From Minisyncoccia bacterium (GTDB lineage Bacteria > Patescibacteriota > Minisyncoccia > Phycocordibacterales > UBA918), in assembly GCA_041736805.1 (NCBI GenBank), contig JBGSSW010000016.1, positions 2,526 through 66,525 of the forward strand: a DNA stretch of 64,000 bases, written 5' to 3'. Positions 47,243 to 56,205 of this stretch are shown in pieces. Under the pieces are notes generated by a model that was not told the DNA's origin, ran no database searches, and saw only the letters and a list, made by a program, of their open reading frames with translations. The first letter of the stretch is position 1; each line of letters starts with the position of its first letter. The position numbers were made by a program, and so were the translations under genes.

Positions 47243-48562
47243 TTATTTATCTTTAAATTTATTTAGCCGTACAGCTTCTGATTCAGCCACATAGCGTGAA
47301 AACAAATCAATAAGTGTAGTTGTGCCTTCTTGAGGTAAGTGTTCTTTCATAGTAGTCATTTCATCGATAAGATCTAACCACGCTAGGTAGGTATCGTACT
47401 TAATATTTTCAGTTTTCATAATTTCTCTAACCCGTGCATTAGGTAAATTTTGAAATTTCTGTATCTCGGAAAGACTCATATCCTTTAATAAATTGAAGGG
47501 GCTGTTATAAATTCCTTTATTAAATAAATCATAAGTTGAATTATCAAGATTTTCTATAGCTCTATTGAGAATTTTTGCAAATGCCTTCTCATTACCGAAT
47601 ACTTTACTAACAAATAACTTGTAGTCTGGCTGGTCAAAATAATTACCGTCTGGTTTAAAGAATCTAGGCGGGGTGATAGGCTCAACCTCTTTTTTAAACA
47701 CGCTCTTAATTCCAATCTTAGGACCACTATCAGTAACAATAGAAGAATTTTTCTGAGTTTTTATAATAGCTGTCTCCAATTTTTTAATTAAAGGTTTGAC
47801 TTCTTCTTCTTTACTGGAAGTAAATTTAATCGGAATATCTTTGACAGCCTCGTTTTCTTCCACCCTCAAAGAGGCTGACTTTTTAAAACTATCAGAAACT
47901 ATTTCAACCCCCAAAATTTTACCTAACTCAAGACTGACGGCACTTAAATTTATCTCTTCGCCGGGATATATTAAATCAATATCGTCACCACTGCGTAAAT
48001 TTAAAGTAGCTCTTAATTCAGAAGTACCCTCAATTGTGTCAAAAAGCCTATCTAGTACTTCCATTCTTTTACCGGCTGGAAGATCTTTTATATCTTCATT
48101 AAATTGTTTTTCAATAATGTTCCAAAAAGTATCCTCCTTCTTAACTACATAAATGATTTCCTTCTTCTCGCTGGAGGGGTTTTTAGTAGTAGATATTGAT
48201 TCACGAGGTTTTAAATCCAAATCATCAATAATGAGACGGGTAAATTTTGCTGACTGCCACCAACTATATCCGCCATATTTAATTTGCAACTTATTAAATA
48301 TTTCATCTTCGAGTAAGTTTTTAGACATATTATAATGAACAGATAATAGTTCATCTGCCAAAAACTTAATGGATTGTCCCAGTTCAATCTTTATTTCAGA
48401 GTCAAGAGAACTACATGCAGAAGACCCAATTAACTCAAGGCCAGAAAGAATAGTTTCATACTTAATATCACTTTGATTAACACCGTAGTAATCAATTGAA
48501 ATTTTTTCAAATTTTAAAGACAAGTCTTCTAAGCTTTTGTCTAAACTACTTCTTTGATCCAT
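47243..48562 (-). CDS. LysM-like domain protein, paralogue of the C-terminal third of the 1472-aa protein
   Basis: YVVKKEDTFWNI...DLIYPGEEI; SWWQSAK domain and C-terminal domain shared with 48914-53332. Confidence 0.8.
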   Translation of the reverse strand: MDQRSSLDKSLEDLSLKFEKISIDYYGVNQSDIKYETILSGLELIGSSACSSLDSEIKIELGQSIKFLADELLSVHYNMSKNLLEDEIFNKLQIKYGGYSWWQSAKFTRLIIDDLDLKPRESISTTKNPSSEKKEIIYVVKKEDTFWNIIEKQFNEDIKDLPAGKRMEVLDRLFDTIEGTSELRATLNLRSGDDIDLIYPGEEINLSAVSLELGKILGVEIVSDSFKKSASLRVEENEAVKDIPIKFTSSKEEEVKPLIKKLETAIIKTQKNSSIVTDSGPKIGIKSVFKKEVEPITPPRFFKPDGNYFDQPDYKLFVSKVFGNEKAFAKILNRAIENLDNSTYDLFNKGIYNSPFNLLKDMSLSEIQKFQNLPNARVREIMKTENIKYDTYLAWLDLIDEMTTMKEHLPQEGTTTLIDLFSRYVAESEAVRLNKFKDK

Positions 48563-48641
48563 AATTTATAATCATAACACTACCTTTATTTTACCGCAGC
48601 CACTTTATAGACCAATTTGAGGGATTAAATCGCAACACCTT

Positions 48642-48911
48642 CTACGCGGCAACTTCCTTTAATTCCGATCGCAAAATTGTTATCTCTTGTTTCAACAACT
48701 CCTCAAACCTAGGATAACTGGAACAGAGTGACTCTAAAAAATTATCCTCTGCCACGTGAGCATCAATGTAAGATTCAAATTGGTTTGATTGCTCTTCGTC
48801 TTCTTCGGCTAGATACTGCATCAAGGCACTTTGAAATACTAGAGTACCCAATTCCTCAGCAAAGACATTTTCGTCTTTACTATCAATTTGATTTACTTGT
48901 TGTGTTGTCAT
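48642..48911 (-). CDS. Small acidic helical protein (resembles CPR DUF5663-type proteins)
   Basis: 89 aa, 2 nt after the giant gene; ELGTLVFQSAL..YL.E...F...I...P.FEELL.QEI. Confidence 0.7.
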   Translation of the reverse strand: MTTQQVNQIDSKDENVFAEELGTLVFQSALMQYLAEEDEEQSNQFESYIDAHVAEDNFLESLCSSYPRFEELLKQEITILRSELKEVAA

Positions 48912-48913
48912 AA

Positions 48914-51900
48914 TTAAGCCTTAATTGAACGTACATTTGCTTGCTTCAGCTTCATAAAATCCTCTGCTACTGATCTGGAGTAAATATCTTGTAGTGTGGT
49001 TTGTGGAGTATTTGGTAATTTACCTTTCATTTGGTCAATTTTATTAAACCAAGCAATAAGTGTCTCATAATTAATTCTATTTTTATCAGCAAATTCATGC
49101 AGATATTCGTTCGATTGCTCTCTAAGCAGTTTAAGATTATCCAAATTTAATTCCTTCAGAGATTCGTACGGACTTTCATATGATTTAAATCTATCAAAGA
49201 GGGCGTATGTTTTTGCTTCAAAACTAGACGCATTTCTACCTACAGCATAGTCAAAGTTTTTTGGACTACCAAATAGTTTAGTAATAAATTTTTGATACTC
49301 AGGTGACTTTAGGAAGTTGTCTCCGACTACAAAAGGTCTCGGTGCTTCAGTTGGTAAAGAGGGTTTGTAATTAAGGGTCTCGCCCAAAGCTGGTTTAAAT
49401 CCATATGAGTTTTCGTCCATAACTCTAACTGGGGTTTTGACAGTTCCATCCAAAATGCCTTCGGCTTTAGCGGCATCTAATTCTGTTTCAGTTGGGGGCT
49501 TCCACGGTGTCTCTTGAGCAATTTTGATTTGCTTTTCGAAAAGCGTCTCTGGGTTACCAGCACCTTGTCGATGTAATATTTCAGCCGTTGGTGTAGCTAT
49601 GCCCGATTGGCCAATTTTTAAATCAGGGTCAACAAACTTGCCTAACAATTTTGCTACGTCAATATTTTCACCTGGTCTTATTAAATGAGGATTGCCGCTA
49701 CTAATGCCAAGCTTCTTCCAATCTTCAGGGCTAAGAGTCCAAGTTGGATTTTGAGCATTTGTCAGTTCTGGAAACTTTTGCAACATTAATTTTGACAGCC
49801 CTTCTCGTGTCACTCCTTCTGGCTGCTTAAGATTACCTTGATCAAATTGGATCTGGAGATTCTTTTTAAAGATGCTAGAAACACTATCGCCAGACTCTAC
49901 TTTATGCTCAGGTATTTTTATCTCTACTGCTTCCTTATGAACAACATCATTAATTTTGTCGTTAACCGGACCCATCTGATTCTTCATCACATCCTCGTTT
50001 GGCATAACGTCCCCAGTTGGCTTTACTACTGAATCACCAACCCCGACCACTTCAATTGAACCAATTTTTACATTATTTATCTTAGCTGCTTGCCACCATG
50101 ATTCTGTACCAAATTTGGCCTCCAATTTGTCCATCAAAAGTCTTTCCACTTGGGCATTCGGCATATGAGGATGAGCTGACAAAATATCTTTCACTGTCAA
50201 ATCAGCTAATTTCTGTACTTCCAACATTTGTCCTGAAGATAGTTCAAGACTACCGGTTTGCAAACCTTGCAGCTCAATTCCTGAAACAACTGTTTTGGTA
50301 AAGGTACCACTCGGGTCATCGTTCAATACTGAGACTGATTCAGAAAGTGAAAAAGGAGCTTTTGCGTCAGTCACACTATCAAAGTGTGGGTCATTACCCG
50401 CTTTCATTACATCATCATTGTAGACTGGTTCAGGGTGTTCGACTGTTGCCACAGCATTCTCAGCCGCATCTTCATTTATATTGTCATTAACTGGGTCGCC
50501 AGATTTCATCACGTCGTCATTGTAGACCGGCTCAGGATTTGCCATAGTTGCCTTTGCATTCTCAGCCGCTGATCCAGCAGACGCTGGTGACATTGCTACC
50601 TTTGGAACCGCCTCACCACCCCCAGAATTACCACCATTAGCTCCTCCGCCCACACCAGACGGTGAAAGAATATCGTACGCTGCCATCGCACCACGAGAAC
50701 CCCCTGCAGCTAAGATAGTTACCCCAATAGTCATTGCAGTTTTACGTTTTTTTGCAGTATCAACTTGCGCATTTGCCAACATAACTGCTCTTCTGGCTTC
50801 AGCAACCGACATTGTATTTGAGTTTTCAGAATTTGTTAGTAAAATTTGAAGCCTTTCGCCTGCACTTTTTACTCTTTTTCCTTCATATTTATTGACGGCC
50901 GCTCCTGCCCCCATACCAAGGGCAGTTGAGACACCCCACCTTCCAGCCCCTGCCGCTCCACCAAGTGCCGCTGAAGCAGCCACGACTCCTGCTCCGGCTG
51001 CCCCTACTGCCAAAACTCCCAGGGTTGCACCTGTCATAGAAGCTACCGCTAGACCAATCGCTAATCGTACTTTTTTATTTTTCGGCAGAAGTTTTGCAAT
51101 CCTTCCTACCGTCGCTATAGTCTTGGGCCAATCATTAATAAAGGCATCCCTTTTTTCAGCTTTAGAAGCAAGGATAGTTTTTTGTTCAGCAGCATCAATA
51201 CCTACAATTAGTTTGTTCTGTAAACCTGTCTTAATCTGGTCACTATCAGCTGTCAATACAGTATCTAAGACACGATCTTTTCTTCTATCTTCTATCTGAA
51301 TAAGTAATTTCTCACGGTATTGTTCGGCCGCTTCATCAGCCTCCTTTCTTAATTTACGTAAATGTTCTGCCGGACTCGATTCTCCGTTGAATGAATTCTT
51401 AATCCCCCCCGTTATCTTTTCTTTTATACTTTGTTTATGATAGCTAGACAAAGCCTGACGATATGCCTCGTCACACTTATCCATACTGAGACGAGCTAAC
51501 ATTGTCTCATTAGCCAAACTTTTTCTTTCAGCTTTTCTTTCATCTATAAAACCTACTCTTTCGTGAGTCGGTGAATCAGGATTGATTCCTACTGCTCGCA
51601 ACCTCTCTGCCCTAGCAGCATCCTCAGGACTAACTATCGAACCAGGTGCTGCTGCTACAGGAGGCAAATCATCTGGTGTAGGTTCTGGAGCTGGTGCGGT
51701 ATCGGGACTCTGTGTATCGCTTACAACATCAGGGGCAACCGGAGCAGCTTCACCATCAGTTGCTGGAGGAGGCACGTCTAAATCAGGACTCATCATATCA
51801 GCAGAAGTCTTTTCTTCTAGAATTTCTTCAACCGCTGGTTTACCATAATAATTACCTGAATTATTATTTAAAATATCAGATTCTAATACTTCAACCCCAG

Positions 51901-53332
51901 CGGTCGATTCAGCCTCAATTTCTGGGACTGTTTCTGGAACATAATTTTCCAAACTTTCCTCATCATATAATTCTTCCACTTCCCGGCTGATACTCTTCTC
52001 TTTCAACTTTAAACTTAGCTTTCCTAGACTTATTTTAAGAGCTTTTAGATAGCGCGATTTAATTTTTAAAGCAATGTTCTTATCGGACTCTTTGACACTT
52101 TCAATTTTGTTCACCAAATCTACTATTTCGTTAACTAACGATTCATTCACTTCTTTTATACGCGATGAATCAAAAAGTGTCTGGGTTTCTTTGGCTAACC
52201 TTTCCATTTGAGCGTCCATTTCTTCTAAATCTTTTGGTTCGTTTTCACTATCAAAAGAACCCTCTGTTTTAGGACCTCTTACTTGTCTTTCCTGCTCTTC
52301 TTTTTCCAGTAGTTTTACTAACTCACCAGGATTTTCTAAATAAAACGCTACTCCGTTTTTTATTTCATTATAATTACTATCTATTGCTCGACTAATTTCA
52401 ATTTTTTCTTCTACACTCTTTCCGGTTCCGACTTTTTTCCTGACTAAATCACCAGTGTTTCTTCTAATTCTTTCTAAAATTTTACTTACTGATTGCGGCA
52501 ACCTATCTATTCCAGCCACTTCTAAAAGACCGTGCTGGGCTTTTTCCATAATAAACCGTATCGGAATATTTTTTCCATTTCCATCTTTCAATTCTTTGCC
52601 ATTTCTATATCTCTCGGCCAACTTTGGATTACCACTCAAAACTTCTCTGGTCCCAAAAACTTCTTCGGCCGTTGGGAAATCACCAGCTTCAAGTTTATTA
52701 AAATTTGTTTCCTCATTTGATTCAAAAACTAATGAGTTTGAAACCTCTTCCCCTGGTACCAAAGCCTCACTTTCAATTGAATCAGTATCCACACTAAAGG
52801 GACCAGAATAATACTCCTCTGAATTATCAAATGATTTAGTTTCTTCCTTTGTGGCTTCCGGGTCAAAATCTTCCACACCCATCTTGGTTAAGTATTTATT
52901 CCAAGCCATTTCATGCTCATCCCGAGGCCCGACAGAAAACTCATGGGGGTTTTTGTTTGTTATTTTTTCATTAAAATTAGCGATACCCTGACGAAACTTA
53001 AAAAAAGCCTGCTCTACTTGATACCTTTTTTTATGATCATCTGTGGTTGTAGTTTCATTTATTAGCTCAATCAATTCTTTGTAGGCAATACTAACCGTAC
53101 TTACTAACTCACTTAAATTACCCACCTCAACCGAATTAATTGCTTGATTTTTAAAATCCTCGTATTCTTCGACAGCGTCTGTAAGTCGTTCAGAAAAAAA
53201 AGTGTCTTCTGAATCGTCTTCTTCATAATTATCTTCTAAGCCCTGTTGCCCAGCCTTTACCAGAGCAGCCCGAGTTAGTCTTTCGACTCTTTCTCTTTCA
53301 AAATTATGAATCTCACTCTCAGATTTTCCCAT
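48914..53332 (-). CDS. Giant 1472-aa protein: acidic N-terminus, Gly/Ala hydrophobic hairpin, split LysM, paralogous C-terminal domains
   Basis: Long intact ORF with no signal peptide; HKVESGDSVSSI...NPHLIRPGENI. Confidence 0.85.
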   Translation of the reverse strand: MGKSESEIHNFERERVERLTRAALVKAGQQGLEDNYEEDDSEDTFFSERLTDAVEEYEDFKNQAINSVEVGNLSELVSTVSIAYKELIELINETTTTDDHKKRYQVEQAFFKFRQGIANFNEKITNKNPHEFSVGPRDEHEMAWNKYLTKMGVEDFDPEATKEETKSFDNSEEYYSGPFSVDTDSIESEALVPGEEVSNSLVFESNEETNFNKLEAGDFPTAEEVFGTREVLSGNPKLAERYRNGKELKDGNGKNIPIRFIMEKAQHGLLEVAGIDRLPQSVSKILERIRRNTGDLVRKKVGTGKSVEEKIEISRAIDSNYNEIKNGVAFYLENPGELVKLLEKEEQERQVRGPKTEGSFDSENEPKDLEEMDAQMERLAKETQTLFDSSRIKEVNESLVNEIVDLVNKIESVKESDKNIALKIKSRYLKALKISLGKLSLKLKEKSISREVEELYDEESLENYVPETVPEIEAESTAGVEVLESDILNNNSGNYYGKPAVEEILEEKTSADMMSPDLDVPPPATDGEAAPVAPDVVSDTQSPDTAPAPEPTPDDLPPVAAAPGSIVSPEDAARAERLRAVGINPDSPTHERVGFIDERKAERKSLANETMLARLSMDKCDEAYRQALSSYHKQSIKEKITGGIKNSFNGESSPAEHLRKLRKEADEAAEQYREKLLIQIEDRRKDRVLDTVLTADSDQIKTGLQNKLIVGIDAAEQKTILASKAEKRDAFINDWPKTIATVGRIAKLLPKNKKVRLAIGLAVASMTGATLGVLAVGAAGAGVVAASAALGGAAGAGRWGVSTALGMGAGAAVNKYEGKRVKSAGERLQILLTNSENSNTMSVAEARRAVMLANAQVDTAKKRKTAMTIGVTILAAGGSRGAMAAYDILSPSGVGGGANGGNSGGGEAVPKVAMSPASAGSAAENAKATMANPEPVYNDDVMKSGDPVNDNINEDAAENAVATVEHPEPVYNDDVMKAGNDPHFDSVTDAKAPFSLSESVSVLNDDPSGTFTKTVVSGIELQGLQTGSLELSSGQMLEVQKLADLTVKDILSAHPHMPNAQVERLLMDKLEAKFGTESWWQAAKINNVKIGSIEVVGVGDSVVKPTGDVMPNEDVMKNQMGPVNDKINDVVHKEAVEIKIPEHKVESGDSVSSIFKKNLQIQFDQGNLKQPEGVTREGLSKLMLQKFPELTNAQNPTWTLSPEDWKKLGISSGNPHLIRPGENIDVAKLLGKFVDPDLKIGQSGIATPTAEILHRQGAGNPETLFEKQIKIAQETPWKPPTETELDAAKAEGILDGTVKTPVRVMDENSYGFKPALGETLNYKPSLPTEAPRPFVVGDNFLKSPEYQKFITKLFGSPKNFDYAVGRNASSFEAKTYALFDRFKSYESPYESLKELNLDNLKLLREQSNEYLHEFADKNRINYETLIAWFNKIDQMKGKLPNTPQTTLQDIYSRSVAEDFMKLKQANVRSIKA

Positions 53333-53340
53333 ATTTATTA

Positions 53341-56106
53341 TTACATCATACCCCCTATTGCACTTGTAGCAACTGGCTTTTTGGCATAACGGGCAGATAT
53401 TTCTGCTTCTACCTCGGCTCGCGGTCGACCGTGTTTGGCAGCACTCATAGCAATCAGTTCTGCTACCCTATTTGGATCAGACTGAATTGGTGGTCGCATC
53501 GCCACACTAAAGGGTTTGGTTGGTATGCCATTGGCCAAGATACGCACTAGAGCATTGTAATTTGGGACATTCATTAAATCTCTCGCCTCAAACACCGGGG
53601 CGAATTGCTGCTCTAAAAACTGAGCGTCTTCTGAACCAACTCGGAAAGAAACCAAAGAACCGACATTACCGAAAACAGCATCCTTGATACTTTGATCTAA
53701 CTGAGCAATAAACTGATGTACGACAGTCAGACTCAGCTTGTATTTACGAGCTTCAGAAAGAATTGAAGCAATCGCTGGAGTAGAAACGTTTTGAAACTCA
53801 TCAATATGTAAAAAGAATGGTGGGAAACTTTTTGAAGCATCATCAACTCTTGAAAGTGCTGCCATTAATATCTTGCCGACAAAAATCATTCCGATCAGAT
53901 TAGCATTGATTTCACCCAGTCGACCTTTAGAAAGATTTACCAACAAGATTTTTTTCTCGTCCATCACCTGGCGGAAATTAAAAGCGGATTTTTGCTGACC
54001 AATAATCGGTCGCATGTAGTCGTTGGCTGTAAAGACGTCAAACTTAGATACGATGTAAGGGACAATATTTTCTAGGGAGGCTTCCCCGCCAGCCTTGGTA
54101 GCAATTTCTGTCCAAAACTGAACCACCACTGGATTCTTGGCTTTTGATAATTTATATCTTCGGTACTGTGCGTCCACCATTACACGGGAAATGTCCATCA
54201 AAGTATTGCCACTTTCTGGATCTTCCATCACTAGCATCGTGGCGTTGCGGAAGTATTGTTCAAACATCGGACCCATACTTTCAGGATTAGCACCATAAAG
54301 TTTCTGGAAAATTGAAAATAGTTCATTGACCACAAAGGTCTTTTGTTCTGGTTTGGTGATATCATACTCCAGCATATTAAGGCCTACCGCACTCTCCATT
54401 CTTGCTGGGTCAAAATAAATAACATCCTGCTCTCTTTCCTTTGGCATGGCTCCCAATACTTCTTCAATATCAGTGCCGTGAGGATCAATCATACAAACAC
54501 CATTGCCAGATTGAATATCCTGAATAATCGTATTGGTCATAAACTTAGACTTTCCTGTACCAGTTTGCCCAATAACATATAGATGTCGCATCCGATCAAG
54601 CTCGGTCATATAAATTGGCCTTTCTACACCACGATGTCGGTTGTCGCCAATCAGAGTCCCTTGGGTTGGTATATCATTTGGCGCTGGAGCGGTATTAGAT
54701 TGTGATTGCTTAAATTGAGGTGAGCTCAAAATACCATTACTAGGGAAATGAATCATTGTCGCCAGCTCAGTTAATGACAGGGGCAAGGCCGCTTTAGCTG
54801 AGAACTCACGAAATGAAAAAGCCTTCTGCAAATGTAATAAAGAACTACCAGTAGCTTTTTTAAAAGCAAAAGAATTACCTTCAACTAAATCAAACTGATT
54901 AAAAGTTGATTGAATTTCGGTCATTATTTGCTCAGCTCGAGCTGGATCTGCCGCTGAAACAGCCAAACGTATATTTGTTTCAATAATTTCAGTTTGGATT
55001 TTCTTATTAAAAATATCCACCTTATCTATATCAGGTGAAGTAACAACTTCTGGTTGATCGGTTTTGGTCTTTGAATTAAATAAATCAGAAATCGCTCCTA
55101 TGATTCCCCCACTTACACTGCTGCGTGAAATGGCGTCAGACGCTTTCTTACCCTTTTGAATATTTTTAATAATTTCCTGATAAGATTTCCGATACTTTTT
55201 TTGTGGATACCGCATCACAAATTGTACAGCTGCACCACCGCCTTCTCTCTCAATTTTTGAAAATGCATTCAATATCACAGCTAAAGGATCGGAAGAAAAA
55301 CCGTCAGGTGTCCGTAGCGGGTAAATAGGATGTTTTTTGATTTGTGCTTCTGAAATAATAGTCTTTCCTTTGTCGACAAAGATATTATAGTCGTGTGCTT
55401 GAATAATTAACTCAGCGTGAGGGAAAAGCGAGAGGGTTTGTTTTTCAAACAAATTTACAAACTTGTTCGGTACGGCTACATAAAAAACAATATCATCACT
55501 ATTGTCAGCCACTGCTATTTCAATCACAAAATGATTTTCAGACTGCTGTGAGCCTATTGTACGTAGTCCAGCAAAAAGTTGCTCCATCATGCTCACAATC
55601 TCTGCCAACTGGTATTCACGGCCATCTTTAGATTTTACCTCTGGTAAGGTCACTTCATAGAGTGTCATGCTCAACATCTGCCAAGGTGGAACGTTTTCCT
55701 TTAAGTCTTGGATTTTTGAACCGGAACGGATTTGTTCAATTAATTGCCGGTGAACTTCGTCGACTATATAGGCGTTGTCCATTTTTTCTAGTACCGACAA
55801 GGCATTGCGAATCCCTTTCTCCTTGGCTAATTCTAAAATATCGGTCACTGGATCGTGTGAAATGGCGACTTGTTCAATTGAAGCAGCTAAAGCTGGTTCA
55901 TCCAGCAAGTGTTCACGATCAAGAATAATTCTCGGTGTAAAAGAAGCGTATTCTTTTATTTCTTGATTGCCGATTGTTTCAGTATCAGAATTATCACTTT
56001 CAGGGTTACGTTGCAAAAGCTCTCGCTCTCGCTCAGCAATACGTTCACGTAAGTACAACAACTCCTCCTCTGGAGAGGAAAACTGTTTTGGTATCCCTTC
56101 TGGCAT
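53341..56106 (-). CDS. VirD4/TrwB/HerA-superfamily (type IV coupling-like) ATPase with long N-terminal extension
   Basis: DRMRHLYVIGQTGTGKS (Walker A), IDPHG, LHIDEFQN (Walker B), SEARKY.L.L...HQ, FGNVG...FRVG.EDA. Confidence 0.9.
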   Translation of the reverse strand: MPEGIPKQFSSPEEELLYLRERIAERERELLQRNPESDNSDTETIGNQEIKEYASFTPRIILDREHLLDEPALAASIEQVAISHDPVTDILELAKEKGIRNALSVLEKMDNAYIVDEVHRQLIEQIRSGSKIQDLKENVPPWQMLSMTLYEVTLPEVKSKDGREYQLAEIVSMMEQLFAGLRTIGSQQSENHFVIEIAVADNSDDIVFYVAVPNKFVNLFEKQTLSLFPHAELIIQAHDYNIFVDKGKTIISEAQIKKHPIYPLRTPDGFSSDPLAVILNAFSKIEREGGGAAVQFVMRYPQKKYRKSYQEIIKNIQKGKKASDAISRSSVSGGIIGAISDLFNSKTKTDQPEVVTSPDIDKVDIFNKKIQTEIIETNIRLAVSAADPARAEQIMTEIQSTFNQFDLVEGNSFAFKKATGSSLLHLQKAFSFREFSAKAALPLSLTELATMIHFPSNGILSSPQFKQSQSNTAPAPNDIPTQGTLIGDNRHRGVERPIYMTELDRMRHLYVIGQTGTGKSKFMTNTIIQDIQSGNGVCMIDPHGTDIEEVLGAMPKEREQDVIYFDPARMESAVGLNMLEYDITKPEQKTFVVNELFSIFQKLYGANPESMGPMFEQYFRNATMLVMEDPESGNTLMDISRVMVDAQYRRYKLSKAKNPVVVQFWTEIATKAGGEASLENIVPYIVSKFDVFTANDYMRPIIGQQKSAFNFRQVMDEKKILLVNLSKGRLGEINANLIGMIFVGKILMAALSRVDDASKSFPPFFLHIDEFQNVSTPAIASILSEARKYKLSLTVVHQFIAQLDQSIKDAVFGNVGSLVSFRVGSEDAQFLEQQFAPVFEARDLMNVPNYNALVRILANGIPTKPFSVAMRPPIQSDPNRVAELIAMSAAKHGRPRAEVEAEISARYAKKPVATSAIGGMM

Positions 56107-56154
56107 AATCCTAATTGTACAGTACTACAAGAAATGAATTTGCGAGCAATCCAC

Positions 56155-56197
56155 CTAAATAAAAACCGTCAGGCTACGCCTGACGGTTTTTATTTAG
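56155..56197. terminator. Intrinsic terminator after the second mreB
   Basis: CTAAATAAAAACCGTCAGGC-TAC-GCCTGACGGTTTTTATTTAG. Confidence 0.9.
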
Positions 56198-56205
56198 ATA
56201 TCTTG

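Noticed and set aside
53341-56106. Conjugative element (ICE) interpretation of the coupling-like ATPase
   Set aside because: No relaxase, VirB4 partner set, integrase or att sites flank it, and it sits among core genes with similar composition.
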